From NCBI GenBank assembly GCA_944391015.1, contig CALXRZ010000003.1, forward strand, positions 1 through 60,870: 60,870 bases of DNA, given 5' to 3'. The notes beneath the pieces are model-generated. The model made no database searches, was not told where the DNA came from, and was given only the letters and a program-made list of their open reading frames with translations. This stretch comes from an uncultured Clostridia bacterium (lineage in GTDB: Bacteria; Bacillota; Clostridia; TANB77; CAG-508). Shown here one piece after another: positions 10,564 through 21,127 of the stretch (its first letter is position 1; each line of letters starts with the position of its first letter). The translations under genes and the position numbers were made by a program.

Positions 10564-11877
10564 CTATCTATTTTTTAAAATTTCAATCATTTTCTCAACG
10601 CTCATTTCCTCTTGCTCGCCTGATTCCATATTCTTTAAAGAAACTGTTCCGTTTTTTTCCTCTTCCTCTCCAATTACTGCTACATAAGGAATTTTTAATT
10701 TATCTGCATATTTGAATTTAGCTTTTATTTTTTTGTTTTCTAAGTATACATCTGTATTTATTCCTTCGTCTCTAATTTTAGTTGCTACTTCTAATGCTCT
10801 TGAAATGTCATCTGTCATTGATACAACTAGAACTTTTGAAATTGACTCATCTTTTTCGTTTAATATATTAAGCTCACTTAGTTTTGAGAATAATCTAGTT
10901 AAGCCTATTGATACCCCAACTCCTGGCATTTTTTTATCTGTATAAAATTCTGCTAGGTTATCATATCTTCCACCAGAACATACACTTCCTAGTTCTCTAT
11001 AGTCATCTAAAAATGTTTCGTATACTGTACCTGTGTAATAGTCTAATCCTCTTGCAATTGTTAAATCTACTTTAAAGTTTGAGTCTGGTACTCCAAACAG
11101 TCTTACATATTTTACTACTTGTTTTAATTCGTTTAGTCCTTGTAAAAATAGTTCATTTGTAAAGTTTAAGTTTTCTAACTTTTGTAGTTTTTCGTCAGTG
11201 GTTCCGTCTATTTCTATAAAGTTTAAAATTTTTTGTATTTTTTCATCTGCTACCTTTAAATCTTGTAAGCATTTTACTACATTTTCTCTTCCTATTTTTT
11301 CTAGTTTATCAATTATTCTCATTATTTCTACAGATTGCTCTTCTAGGTTTAATTCTGCAAATAATCCATTTAAAAGTTTTCTATTATTTATTCTGATAGT
11401 AAACTTATCAAAACCAAATTCTTTTATGGTTGTATAAATTACACTTGGCATTTCTGCATCATTTACTATGCTTAGCTCTCCATCTCCAATTATATCTATA
11501 TCACATTGATAAAATTCTCTATATCTTCCTTTTTGTGGCCTTTCTCCCCTATATACCTTGCCTATTTGATATCTTTTAAATGGAAAACTTATATCATTGT
11601 TATATTCGCAAATATATTTAGCAAGTGGAACTGTTAAGTCAAAACGTAATGCTAAGTCTGTTTCTCCTTTATTAAATCGATAAATTTGCTTTTCTGTTTC
11701 TCCTCCTGCTTTGGCAAGAAGTACATCTGCCATTTCTATTATTGGAGTATCTAGTGGAAGAAAGCCAAATTTTTCGTATGATTTTCTTATTTTATCTACT
11801 AAACTGTTAAACTTTATTTGGTCTGCCGGTAATAATTCCATAAAGCCCGGCAATGTTCTTGGTTCTACTTTACTCAT
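10564..11877 (-). CDS. hisS: Histidine--tRNA ligase
   Basis: LRFDLTVP, RGERPQKGRYREFYQCD, RGLDYYTG, GGRYD. Confidence 0.97.
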   Translation of the reverse strand: MSKVEPRTLPGFMELLPADQIKFNSLVDKIRKSYEKFGFLPLDTPIIEMADVLLAKAGGETEKQIYRFNKGETDLALRFDLTVPLAKYICEYNNDISFPFKRYQIGKVYRGERPQKGRYREFYQCDIDIIGDGELSIVNDAEMPSVIYTTIKEFGFDKFTIRINNRKLLNGLFAELNLEEQSVEIMRIIDKLEKIGRENVVKCLQDLKVADEKIQKILNFIEIDGTTDEKLQKLENLNFTNELFLQGLNELKQVVKYVRLFGVPDSNFKVDLTIARGLDYYTGTVYETFLDDYRELGSVCSGGRYDNLAEFYTDKKMPGVGVSIGLTRLFSKLSELNILNEKDESISKVLVVSMTDDISRALEVATKIRDEGINTDVYLENKKIKAKFKYADKLKIPYVAVIGEEEEKNGTVSLKNMESGEQEEMSVEKMIEILKNR

Positions 11878-11930
11878 TTAAAAACCTCCTCTTTTTATAT
11901 CAATAATAATTTTTATTTTTTATCTTTACC

Positions 11931-12581
11931 CTATTCTTCTCCTGGCATCAAATTATAGTAAATAGGCTCCTCTTCTACAATTCTAGTTGGTATTCCGTGC
12001 CCAGGATACACTATTGTTTCATCTGGTAATACTAATAATTTATTTGATATAGAAGCAATTATATCGTCAAAACTGCTAGTTGGTAAGTCCGTTCTTCCCC
12101 ACATTCCTTTAAAAAGTGTGTCTCCCGAAAATAGCATTTTTTCTTTTTCACAGTATAAACTGCTTCCACCTTTTGTATGCCCCGGTGTATGAATTACTTT
12201 AAATTCCAAATCTCCTATATGCAGTAAATCTCCATCATTTACTCTAGCATCTGCCTCTAAACGTATAGGCTTTTCAGACATAAAACCTGTTAAGTTTACT
12301 TCTGGCTTTTCTAGTCCTTCATAATCATCTGTCTGTATTAGTATTTTACCACCTTTAATATTTTTAAGCTCCTCTGCTGCTCCTATATGATCTCCGTGGC
12401 AATGTGTTAAATATATATACTTTAATTTTGCTCCAATTATATTTAGCAATTCTAAAATTTTATCACACTCGCCAGCTGGGTCTATTACCATTGTTTCTTT
12501 TGTATTTTCATCCTCTACTATATAACAATTTGTGACTATATTTGCTATACTAGATGTTAATCTTAATTCTTTTAGTAACAT
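11931..12581 (-). CDS. MBL-fold metallo-hydrolase (glyoxalase II-like)
   Basis: THCHGDH, HTPGHT, FSGDTLF, PGHG. Confidence 0.9.
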   Translation of the reverse strand: MLLKELRLTSSIANIVTNCYIVEDENTKETMVIDPAGECDKILELLNIIGAKLKYIYLTHCHGDHIGAAEELKNIKGGKILIQTDDYEGLEKPEVNLTGFMSEKPIRLEADARVNDGDLLHIGDLEFKVIHTPGHTKGGSSLYCEKEKMLFSGDTLFKGMWGRTDLPTSSFDDIIASISNKLLVLPDETIVYPGHGIPTRIVEEEPIYYNLMPGEE

Positions 12582-12592
12582 TGTTTTTCTCC

Positions 12593-14794
12593 TTATTGTT
12601 TTTTTCTTTTTACTTCATATACACTGTCTACTTTTCTTAAATTCTTTAGCACATTGTTTAGTTTTTCTGTATTTTCAACTTCTATTGTTAATTCTATAAC
12701 TGCTATTCTTTCTCTGTTAGTTTTAGATGCAACTGCTATTATGTTACATTTATTATCCCCTAGCACTTTAACTACATCTGCTAAAAGTCCTATCCTATCG
12801 TTTGCATATACTTCTATATCAGCACTGTAAGATGTTTTTTTAGTATCGCTCCAGTATACATCTATTATTCTATTTCCTTCTTCTAAAAGTTTTTTAGTAT
12901 TTACGCAGTCTGTTCTATGAACCGATACGCCTCTTCCTCTTGTTATATACCCTATTATTTCGTCTCCCGGAACAGGGTTACAACATTTAGAAAGTTTTAC
13001 TAAGCAATTATCTATTCCTTTAACTATAATTCCATTTTGTGATGGCTTTTCCTTGTGTACTTTTTCTTTAGATAAAGCCTCTAATGTTTTTTCTATGTCA
13101 TCTTCTTTATGTACTTTTTTGTATTCTTCAAGCATTCTAGCTATTATTTTTCCAGATGATATAGAGCCAAAGCCAACACTTGCATACATATCATCTATTG
13201 TGTTATATTTATACCTATTTAATGCTGCATTTATAAATTCTGGCTTAAACAAATCATCGTGTTTTACACCTATTTTTTTAAGCTCTCTTTCTATTATTTC
13301 TTTGCCTTTTTCTATGTTTTCTTCTCTTAGATTCTTTTTAAACCAAGATAGAATTTTGTTTCTTGCTCCAGAACTTTTTACAAATTTAAGCCAGTCTCTG
13401 CTTGGTCCTTTTGCTTGGTCTGAAGTTAGTATTTCAACTATATCTCCACTTTTTAAAGGTGTTATAATTGGCATCATTTTGCTATTTATTTTGCACCCTA
13501 CCATATGATGCCCTATTTGCTCGTGTATTTGATAAGCAAAATCTATTGGTGTCGCACCTTTTGGAAGTACTTTTATTGCTCCTTTTGGTGTAAATACATA
13601 AACTTCATCCTCAAATAATTCTTTTTTTAGTGTTTGCATAAACTCTTCTGGGTCTTGCATTTCGCTTTGCCATTCCAAAGTTTCCCTAACCCAAGCAAGC
13701 TTGTCTTCCTCTACTTTTACATTTGCTTTTTTACCACTAAAGAAGCTTGATTCTTTATAGGCCCAATGCGCAGCAATACCGTATTCAGCAATTCTGTGCA
13801 TATCCCACGTACGAATTTGTACTTCAAAAGGTGTTCCTTTAGGTCCTATTAAGGTTGTATGTAATGATTGATACATATTTGGCTTTGGCACTGCTATATA
13901 GTCTTTAAACCTACCTGGCATTGGATTATATAAGTCGTGCACAATTCCAAGTGCTGCATAGCAATCTTTTACAGAGTTTACAATAATTCTTAGTGCAAAT
14001 AAGTCGTAAATTTGGTCTAAGGTTGAATTGTCTCTTTTCATTTTTCTATATATACTGTATAAATGCTTTGCTCTTCCAGTTACTTCTGCATCTATTTTTT
14101 GTTTTTTAAGCTCTGCTTTAATTTGGTCCATTATTAAGTCAATGAACTTTAATCTTTCTTCTCTTTTTTTATCTATTCCTTCTACTATTTCTCTAAATTC
14201 TTCTGGATATAGGTATTTGAATGATAAATCTTCTAATTCCCATTTTAAAGAATACACACCTAGCCTATTCGCAAGAGGCGCATATAGTTCCATTGTTTCT
14301 TTGGCATTTGCTATTTGTCTATCTCTTGACAAATATTTTAGTGTTCTCATATTATGAAGTCTGTCTGCAAGTTTTATTAAAATTACACGAATGTCCTTTC
14401 CCATTGCAAGGAACATTTTCCTGTAATTTTCTACTTGTTGCTCTTCCACACTAGCATACTGCAATTTACTTAATTTGGTTACACCATCTACCATATATGC
14501 AACTTCTGAATTAAACTCTTTTTCTAGGTCTGCATATGTTGTATCTGTGTCCTCTAATACGTCGTGTAAAAGCGCTGCACATATAGTGTTGTCATCCATT
14601 CCTAATGTAGCAAGTGTATATGCAACTTGCACAGGGTGAATGATATATGGCTCACCTGATTTTCTTAATTGGTCTCCGTGTTTTGCCTTTGCATATTCAT
14701 AAGCCTTTTGTATTATTTTAACATCTCGTCTTCCTTTTTGTTTTTTTACTGTAGATATTATATCTTCTATTCCTACTTCTTTATATTCTGACAT
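12593..14794 (-). CDS. relA: Bifunctional (p)ppGpp synthetase/hydrolase
   Basis: RKSGEPYIIHP, HD, KLADRLHNMRT, YQSLHT, EVQIRT, TGS and ACT domains. Confidence 0.97.
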   Translation of the reverse strand: MSEYKEVGIEDIISTVKKQKGRRDVKIIQKAYEYAKAKHGDQLRKSGEPYIIHPVQVAYTLATLGMDDNTICAALLHDVLEDTDTTYADLEKEFNSEVAYMVDGVTKLSKLQYASVEEQQVENYRKMFLAMGKDIRVILIKLADRLHNMRTLKYLSRDRQIANAKETMELYAPLANRLGVYSLKWELEDLSFKYLYPEEFREIVEGIDKKREERLKFIDLIMDQIKAELKKQKIDAEVTGRAKHLYSIYRKMKRDNSTLDQIYDLFALRIIVNSVKDCYAALGIVHDLYNPMPGRFKDYIAVPKPNMYQSLHTTLIGPKGTPFEVQIRTWDMHRIAEYGIAAHWAYKESSFFSGKKANVKVEEDKLAWVRETLEWQSEMQDPEEFMQTLKKELFEDEVYVFTPKGAIKVLPKGATPIDFAYQIHEQIGHHMVGCKINSKMMPIITPLKSGDIVEILTSDQAKGPSRDWLKFVKSSGARNKILSWFKKNLREENIEKGKEIIERELKKIGVKHDDLFKPEFINAALNRYKYNTIDDMYASVGFGSISSGKIIARMLEEYKKVHKEDDIEKTLEALSKEKVHKEKPSQNGIIVKGIDNCLVKLSKCCNPVPGDEIIGYITRGRGVSVHRTDCVNTKKLLEEGNRIIDVYWSDTKKTSYSADIEVYANDRIGLLADVVKVLGDNKCNIIAVASKTNRERIAVIELTIEVENTEKLNNVLKNLRKVDSVYEVKRKKQ

Positions 14795-14905
14795 AGAATC
14801 CCCCCTTACTGAATTATTTAGTATTTTCATAGATTATTTTTATCTTATATAGTATGATTTTCTTCTTCTTTTACTAAACTTCGCATTTGTTCGTTTCTTT
14901 CTTAG

Positions 14906-16591
14906 TTAGTATGATTTTCTTAAATCTTTCATTACTATTTGTATACTATCATTTCCATTAAATGAATTTATTTCTAAGCTTCCTACGACATCAACTTTAT
15001 CATCTAAAAGATATTTTTCTGATAATTCTCCCATATTAAAACCTATTGCATCTATCATAAAGTTGTCTTCTTTTAAGGTTAACTTTAAATGCTTTCCCTC
15101 TGATAATGCTCTAATAGAATTGATTTTCAAATTTTTAAATAAGAAAAGTGGAGTTTTATTTGCTTCTCCAAAAGGCTCTAACATTTTTAAACTTTTTACA
15201 CTATCTATATCAATATTTTTTAGTTGTACTTCACTATCTATATTTATTATTGGAACAATTTTATCTATATCACATTTTTTTGCATACTCTTCTAACTTTG
15301 TTTTAAATTCATTAAACTTATCTTTTGCTACAGTTACACCGACTGCCATTGCGTGCCCACCAAATTTTTCTAGCTCTGCACTGCAATTCATTAAAGCTTC
15401 GTGTAAATCAAACCCAGGAATGCTTCTGCCCGAACCTTTTCCGATATTATTTTCAAAACAGATTAAAATTGATGGCTTAAAATACATATCTGTAACCTTT
15501 GAGGCAACTATACCAATAATGCCGTGATGCCATCCTTCTCCACCAACTATTATGCACGCATTATTATTTTCTTCATTTTCTATTTTTTCTTTTGCCTCAT
15601 CAAAAATTCTTTTCTCTATAGACTGTCTTTCTGTGTTATATTCATTAAGTTTTATAGCGAGCTTTTTTGCAGTTTCATAATCCTTTGCTAAAAATAAATC
15701 TAAAGCAATCTGCTCGTGCCCCATCCTTCCACAGGCATTTATTCGTGGCGCAACACCAAATGAAATTGTTCCTGAGTCTATACTCTTAAAGCCTACTACT
15801 TCTAATAAAGCTTTAAGCCCTATGTTTCGTGTTTGATTTACAAGCATTAGCCCAAGCTTTGCTATAACCCTGTTTTCATCAACTAGTGGAACAATGTCCG
15901 AAATTGTACCAATACATACAATATCTAAATATTTCAAATATTCCTTTTCTTCTAAATTTAGCTTTATAGAAATTGCTTGTATAAGTTTAAATACAACCCC
16001 CACCCCGGCTAGCTGATTAAATGGATATTCATTATCTTTTCTTTTAGCATCAACCACTGCTAACGCATTCGGTAGAGTCTGCGCTGGTTCGTGATGGTCT
16101 GTTATTAAAACCTCCATACCTAAAGAATTTGCATAGTCAACTTCATCTATTCCAGAAATTCCACAATCAACCGTAATCATAAGTCTATGGCCATCATCAA
16201 AAACTTTCTTAATCGCCTTTTTATTCAATCCATAGCCTTCATCTAGCCTGTTTGGAATATATGAGTCTACTTCTAGCCCTCGCTCTTCTAAAAAGCTTTT
16301 TAGTACAGTTATACTTGTAATTCCATCAGCATCATAATCACCATAAATAATAATTTTTTCATTATTATCAATAGCCTTTAAAATTCTATCAACTGCAATT
16401 TCCATATCTGGCATTAAAAACGGATTATGAAAATCATTTCTTGTAGGATTCATAAATAGGTCTATATTTTCTTTTTCTGTTATTCCTTTATTAAGTAGAA
16501 CTCTTGCAAGAAGCTCGTTCAAATTATACTTTTGCATAAATTCTTTTAGCTTTTTTTCATCTATCTCATAGCATTCCCATTTTTTATTCAT
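14906..16591 (-). CDS. recJ: ssDNA exonuclease RecJ
   Basis: GDYDADG, TVDCG, DHH, GGHAMA, LEPFG. Confidence 0.96.
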   Translation of the reverse strand: MNKKWECYEIDEKKLKEFMQKYNLNELLARVLLNKGITEKENIDLFMNPTRNDFHNPFLMPDMEIAVDRILKAIDNNEKIIIYGDYDADGITSITVLKSFLEERGLEVDSYIPNRLDEGYGLNKKAIKKVFDDGHRLMITVDCGISGIDEVDYANSLGMEVLITDHHEPAQTLPNALAVVDAKRKDNEYPFNQLAGVGVVFKLIQAISIKLNLEEKEYLKYLDIVCIGTISDIVPLVDENRVIAKLGLMLVNQTRNIGLKALLEVVGFKSIDSGTISFGVAPRINACGRMGHEQIALDLFLAKDYETAKKLAIKLNEYNTERQSIEKRIFDEAKEKIENEENNNACIIVGGEGWHHGIIGIVASKVTDMYFKPSILICFENNIGKGSGRSIPGFDLHEALMNCSAELEKFGGHAMAVGVTVAKDKFNEFKTKLEEYAKKCDIDKIVPIINIDSEVQLKNIDIDSVKSLKMLEPFGEANKTPLFLFKNLKINSIRALSEGKHLKLTLKEDNFMIDAIGFNMGELSEKYLLDDKVDVVGSLEINSFNGNDSIQIVMKDLRKSY

Positions 16592-16671
16592 TAAAATCTC
16601 CTTAAAATAACAATTTTACAATCTATTTTACTACAAATTAGCAATTTTTTAAAGGGGTTGAGCAGAAATTT

Positions 16672-16725
16672 TTTGGCACCTTGGTGCCTGTCACAAAAGT
16701 GCCATTTGGCACTTTTGGGGACAGG
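16672..16725 (+). repeat. REP-like palindromic repeat, copy 1
   Basis: tttggcaccttggtgCCTGTCACAAAAGTGCCATTTGGCACTTTTGGGGACAGG; inverted copy at 18433-18487, partial copy at 56893-56914. Confidence 0.8.
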
Positions 16726-16740
16726 TTTCATTTACGCAAC

Positions 16741-16776
16741 AAAAAAGAAGCTAATTTAGTTTAAGCTTAGCTTCTT
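16741..16776 (-). terminator. Intrinsic terminator
   Basis: aagaagctaa...ttagcttctt hairpin followed by a U-run on the minus strand. Confidence 0.7.
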
Positions 16777-16908
16777 CGTTTTACTTTTTATCTTACAATT
16801 TTTTACTTAATTTATCCATACTAACTTGCCATCTCTGTTGTGTAGTGTAGTCTACTTTACTAACTTTCTATATTTGTTGTGTAGTCTACTTTTCAATTAT
16901 ATAAATTT

Positions 16909-17616
16909 TTAGAATATCAAACCTATTATGCACAGAAATACAATTTTTAATATAATTCCTACTATAAGATAAAAATTTGTAAGTGGTATACCAATTTTGT
17001 TTAACTTTGCCATATTTTCTAATAATATATCTACTTCTTCTTTCGTTATATTAGTACTCGTTTTTGCTGTTTCTTCCATATATTCTTTTGCAACATAAAA
17101 TGCCTTAGTCATTGCATCTGTTTCTAGGTATGCCTTTATAACGTAACTGATTATACCTATTCCAATATATATTTGAACAAATACAAACCCCCCTAGCACA
17201 TTAAATAAAACTAGAAATATTGCTACTAAAAAATATAATAAAGATATATTTGAGAATATAAAATTGAATAATAGCATTGCTCTACTTTGCACTGAATGTA
17301 GGCACTCGTGCGCAATTGTTTGTATTCTAGTAAAAGTATCTTTTATATTTGCTATAATAATTTTATCAGATACTGCTATATACAAACTTGTTTTGGAACC
17401 TTTTTCTTCCTCTATGTTTACTTTTTTATTATCTAATTTTTCCAAAATTGTAATGCAAATTTCTTTATTATCTGGAAATTTACTTGCTATTTTATTTAGC
17501 TCTTTATCATATCCTATTTCTTTTATCTTTTTTAAGTCTTTAAGGTGAATATTTAGTCCTATTTTTAATAGTATAATTGATATTATCATTATTGCTATAG
17601 TTATTATATATTCCAT
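16909..17616 (-). CDS. Membrane protein with HExxH motif (YugP/neutral zinc peptidase-like)
   Basis: TIAHECLHSVQ, downstream LETDA, several TM helices. Confidence 0.6.
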   Translation of the reverse strand: MEYIITIAIMIISIILLKIGLNIHLKDLKKIKEIGYDKELNKIASKFPDNKEICITILEKLDNKKVNIEEEKGSKTSLYIAVSDKIIIANIKDTFTRIQTIAHECLHSVQSRAMLLFNFIFSNISLLYFLVAIFLVLFNVLGGFVFVQIYIGIGIISYVIKAYLETDAMTKAFYVAKEYMEETAKTSTNITKEEVDILLENMAKLNKIGIPLTNFYLIVGIILKIVFLCIIGLIF

Positions 17617-17951
17617 TTGCTATTGCTCCTTTTCCTATTTTATAGTTTGTTCAAATTTTATTGCTTTGCACTATTTTAATTATATTCTGTTTTTGCCACA
17701 AATACTTTTTCTAAAAAGCATTTTATATTATCTACGAGCATTTTATACAAAGCAAAGCTTTTGGTATACTATAATAGCATATCAAAAGCCTAATAAGAAC
17801 CTGCCCCGACATAGAAATCAAGATTGCAGTCTGGTACCCCAGAACCTTGTTGTCTTCTACAATAACAACTATTTTCACACATAATATCGACATTTTTTCT
17901 ATTTGTAATAATATATTTTTTTATGAATTATTATAACTTTTCCAAATATTT

Positions 17952-18284
17952 TTAAAGTACATCTCTTATTGCTTCTGCTATAATTTTATTCACATCTGCT
18001 ATCATTACATTAAATTTCACTTCTAAATCAAAGTAATTTTTTATTTGTTCATCTTGAACTAACATTGCATACATTTCTTCTAACTTTTTTGTTTTTTCTT
18101 CGTCTCTATTTTCGCCAGTGTATTGTGTTAGTTGAACTTCGTATCTAAGTTGTTCGAATTCTTCAATCTTCTTTTTTAAAGTTGGATTAGACATAATCTC
18201 GTCTTTTAGTTTTTTATATGATTTATACTCTTCTGATTCACGAATTTCTTTTGCTAGCTTATTAGCTGTGTCGTATACGTTCAT
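17952..18284 (-). CDS. YlbF/YmcA family regulator
   Basis: MNVYD.A..LA..IR.S.EY signature. Confidence 0.85.
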   Translation of the reverse strand: MNVYDTANKLAKEIRESEEYKSYKKLKDEIMSNPTLKKKIEEFEQLRYEVQLTQYTGENRDEEKTKKLEEMYAMLVQDEQIKNYFDLEVKFNVMIADVNKIIAEAIRDVL

Positions 18285-18432
18285 AAATTTATCTCTCCTA
18301 ATAAATTATATTTTCAAGAGGACTGCCTCTAAAACTGACAAAAATGCCAGAAAAGAGCCTGTCCGTCAAAGGCACACAGTTTTTGTCTCATTTATGTCTG
18401 TTCTAAAAGCTGACAAGCTTGTTTATTTTAAG

Positions 18433-18487
18433 CCTGTCCCAAAAAGTGCCAAATGGCACTTTTGTGACAGGCACCAATGTGCCAAAA
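18433..18487 (-). repeat. REP-like palindromic repeat, copy 2
   Basis: CCTGTCCCAAAAAGTGCCAAATGGCACTTTTGTGACAGGcaccaatgtgccaaaa; near reverse complement of 16672-16725. Confidence 0.8.
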
Positions 18488-19780
18488 TTAAGCATAAGCG
18501 TGTTTTTTTCTAAATGTAAGTAAGTTTGTAATTTCTTTTTCTGTATTTTTTGCTTTATTTGCTTTTTTAGCTTTTTCTTGTTCAATTTGTTCTGCTTGTC
18601 TTTCTGCCATTGTTTTGCAAATTGCTTTTTCATATATGTAATGCGTGTCCTGTGCAATTTTATTCCAGTTAAATTGTTCTTTTACTTTTGCTCTCGCTTT
18701 TTTTGCTACACTTGCTGATAGTCCTGCGTCAAATAATAAGCTTAATACTGAATCTGCTATAGAGTTTGGATTTCCTGCATAGCTCTTCATACCATCTACT
18801 CTATGCTCTACTATTTCATTTAGTCCCCCTACATCTGATACTACGGTTGGAACTCCTGCTAACATTGCTTCTAGTGCCACTATTCCAAATGGCTCGTATG
18901 TGCTTGGGAATACTGCTACATCAGCGCATTTATACATTTTTTGTACTTGTTTTGAATTTAAGTATCCTGTAAAGTATACTTTATTTGCAAGCCCCATATT
19001 TTCTGATTGTGCTTTTAATTCGTCAAGCATTCCACCTTTTCCAGCTATTATTAGTTTGGCATCGTGATAATTTGCTAAAATTTTAGGCATTGCTGATATT
19101 AAATGTTGTACACCTTTTTCATATACTAATCTTCCTAGATAAAGTATTATTTTTTCGTTGTCCATTGCGTATTGTCTTCTAAAGTCGTAATCTCTATCTA
19201 TTCCTGTGAAGTTGTTTAAGTTAATTCCATTTGGAACTACATTTATTTTATCAAATGGTAATCCAAAAAGACCTTGTACGTGACTTTTCATATAATTGCT
19301 GTTAACTATTACTTCTGTTGATTCATAAGTTAAAAGCCATTCTGTATCATTTATGTATCTTTGTGTTTCGTCGTGTATTCCAGAATTTCTACCAGATTCT
19401 GTAGCGTGGATTGTAGATACTATAGGAATATTAAATGAATTTTTTAATGTTTTTGCTGCATTTGCTACTAGCCAATCGTGTGCGTGTATTACATCAAATT
19501 TTCCTTTTTTATTCATTATTTCTGTGGCTTTTGCAGTTAGATTAAAGTTAAGTTGCAAAATCCAGTCTATGAAATTATTTGGATGTATCATATAATTATC
19601 TACTCTGTACACCTCTACACCTTTGTCATTTTCATAATATGGTGTGTCTCCATCTTTGTATGTTACTACTGTAACTTCGTGTCCATCTTTTATCAATCTT
19701 TTTGATAAATCGTGCACTACTCTTGCAATTCCTCCAACTATTCTTGGTGGATATTCCCACGTTAGCATCAATATTTTCAT
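18488..19780 (-). CDS. Glycosyltransferase family 4
   Basis: WEYPP..GG, HAHDW, GRLV.EKG, YEPFGIVALEAM. Confidence 0.92.
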   Translation of the reverse strand: MKILMLTWEYPPRIVGGIARVVHDLSKRLIKDGHEVTVVTYKDGDTPYYENDKGVEVYRVDNYMIHPNNFIDWILQLNFNLTAKATEIMNKKGKFDVIHAHDWLVANAAKTLKNSFNIPIVSTIHATESGRNSGIHDETQRYINDTEWLLTYESTEVIVNSNYMKSHVQGLFGLPFDKINVVPNGINLNNFTGIDRDYDFRRQYAMDNEKIILYLGRLVYEKGVQHLISAMPKILANYHDAKLIIAGKGGMLDELKAQSENMGLANKVYFTGYLNSKQVQKMYKCADVAVFPSTYEPFGIVALEAMLAGVPTVVSDVGGLNEIVEHRVDGMKSYAGNPNSIADSVLSLLFDAGLSASVAKKARAKVKEQFNWNKIAQDTHYIYEKAICKTMAERQAEQIEQEKAKKANKAKNTEKEITNLLTFRKKHAYA

Positions 19781-19959
19781 TGGCTATAGCCCCTTTCATT
19801 TTTTCTTTTGATTTCTCGTTTCAATATGTATATTGTATACAAAAATATATTAAAAGTAAACATTTTTCGATAAATTTTTTTAGATTTTTTTGATAAATTT
19901 TGTACATAAAAAACTATTGTTTTTTTACTCTAAATATTATATAATAAATATTGTTACTT

Positions 19960-20320
19960 GGGGATGTATTTGGTTTCGACAGTAACTTTGAAGTACGAAT
20001 AGCGAGTAGTGGATGGTCGCTTCGGCCACTATAAAAAAGCGAAATTTAAAAATAAACGCTGATAATAATAGAGAATTAGCTTACGCTGCTTAAGTTTAGT
20101 GGCACGTCTTACTTTAATTGCCTACGGTTAGAGATAAGGCGACAAAATAGTAGGAAACGAATTTATTCTGTGCCATAGGAATAAAGGGTAATTATTTGGC
20201 TACCTAGATTTTAAATTTGTTTGTTAGTTTATTTTTAGGGAATTTTTTAACAAACTGCACTCGGAGAAGTTTGTATGGATTGGTTATTGGACAGGAGTTC
20301 GACTCTCCTCATCTCCACCA
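19960..20320 (+). ncRNA. ssrA: tmRNA; tag peptide (A)ADNNRELAYAA at 20058-20093
   Basis: GGGGATGTA..TGGTTTCGAC 5' end, GGAGTTCGACTCTCCTCATCTCCACCA 3' end, tag ORF ending in AA-stop. Confidence 0.96.
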
Positions 20321-20443
20321 AATAAGCATTATACGAACACATTGAGTTCACTTATGGATAATCAATTTCTGCCCAATTTTTTTCTTTATACATATTGACT
20401 ATTTATACAGTTTTATGATATAAATATATATGTTATTTATTTC

Positions 20444-20518
20444 GGCCCCTTGGTCAAGCGGTTAAGACGCAGCCCTCTCAAGGCTGAATCATGGGTTCGA
20501 TTCCCGTAGGGGTCACCA
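20444..20518 (+). tRNA. tRNA-Glu (anticodon CTC)
   Basis: Cloverleaf; anticodon arm cagcc-ctCTCaa-ggctg; GGTTCGATT T-arm; encoded CCA. Confidence 0.96.
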
Positions 20519-20563
20519 CATATTAAAGAGTATTAGTTTTTATTACTAATACTCTTTTTTCTT

Positions 20564-20977
20564 TTATATTCCATCACATTTTTCTATACAAAAGTCTAAA
20601 ATTTCCTTTAGTCTTTCATCTTGTTTTGTTAAGTATAAATAACCTATTAAAGCCTCAAACCCTGTAGAATACATATATTCTTGTACAGTTGCATTTTTAG
20701 GAAGATGATGATTTTCTGCATTTCTTCCTCTTTTTACAATTTCTTTTTCATTCTCCGTTAATTTTTCTTCAATTTTTTCCAATATTTCTGCTTGTGCTTT
20801 TGCTTTTACATATTTTATTGCTTCTAAATGTAATTTATGTGGTTTTAATTTAGTTGTATTCACTAAAAATTCCCTTACATATAGTTCATATACACTGTCT
20901 CCAATATACGCCCAAGTTAGTGGAGACATAGTGTTTACATCTGCAATATTTTTTGGTCTTTCTATTATTTCTATCAT
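20564..20977 (-). CDS. mrnC: Mini-ribonuclease III
   Basis: AYIGDSVYELYVR, KRGRNA, Y..STGFEALIGYLYL. Confidence 0.93.
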   Translation of the reverse strand: MIEIIERPKNIADVNTMSPLTWAYIGDSVYELYVREFLVNTTKLKPHKLHLEAIKYVKAKAQAEILEKIEEKLTENEKEIVKRGRNAENHHLPKNATVQEYMYSTGFEALIGYLYLTKQDERLKEILDFCIEKCDGI

Positions 20978-21127
20978 TATTGCCCCTTTCTATGTTTATA
21001 ATAAGGTTTGTACAATATATTTAATTTTATAAATATATGTGCTTTCAATCTGCATTATTTAATCATAATTTAATTGTATAATATGCCAAATTCTAATTCC
21101 AATCAATTATGTCGTATTTATATAAAA

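Noticed and set aside
18268-18657. ORFs 18268-18513 (+) and 18403-18657 (-)
   Set aside because: They run through the REP-like repeat and overlap real genes
20321-20443. Element integrated at the tmRNA 3' end
   Set aside because: Only about 120 bp separate tmRNA from tRNA-Glu, with no integrase or duplicated 3' end
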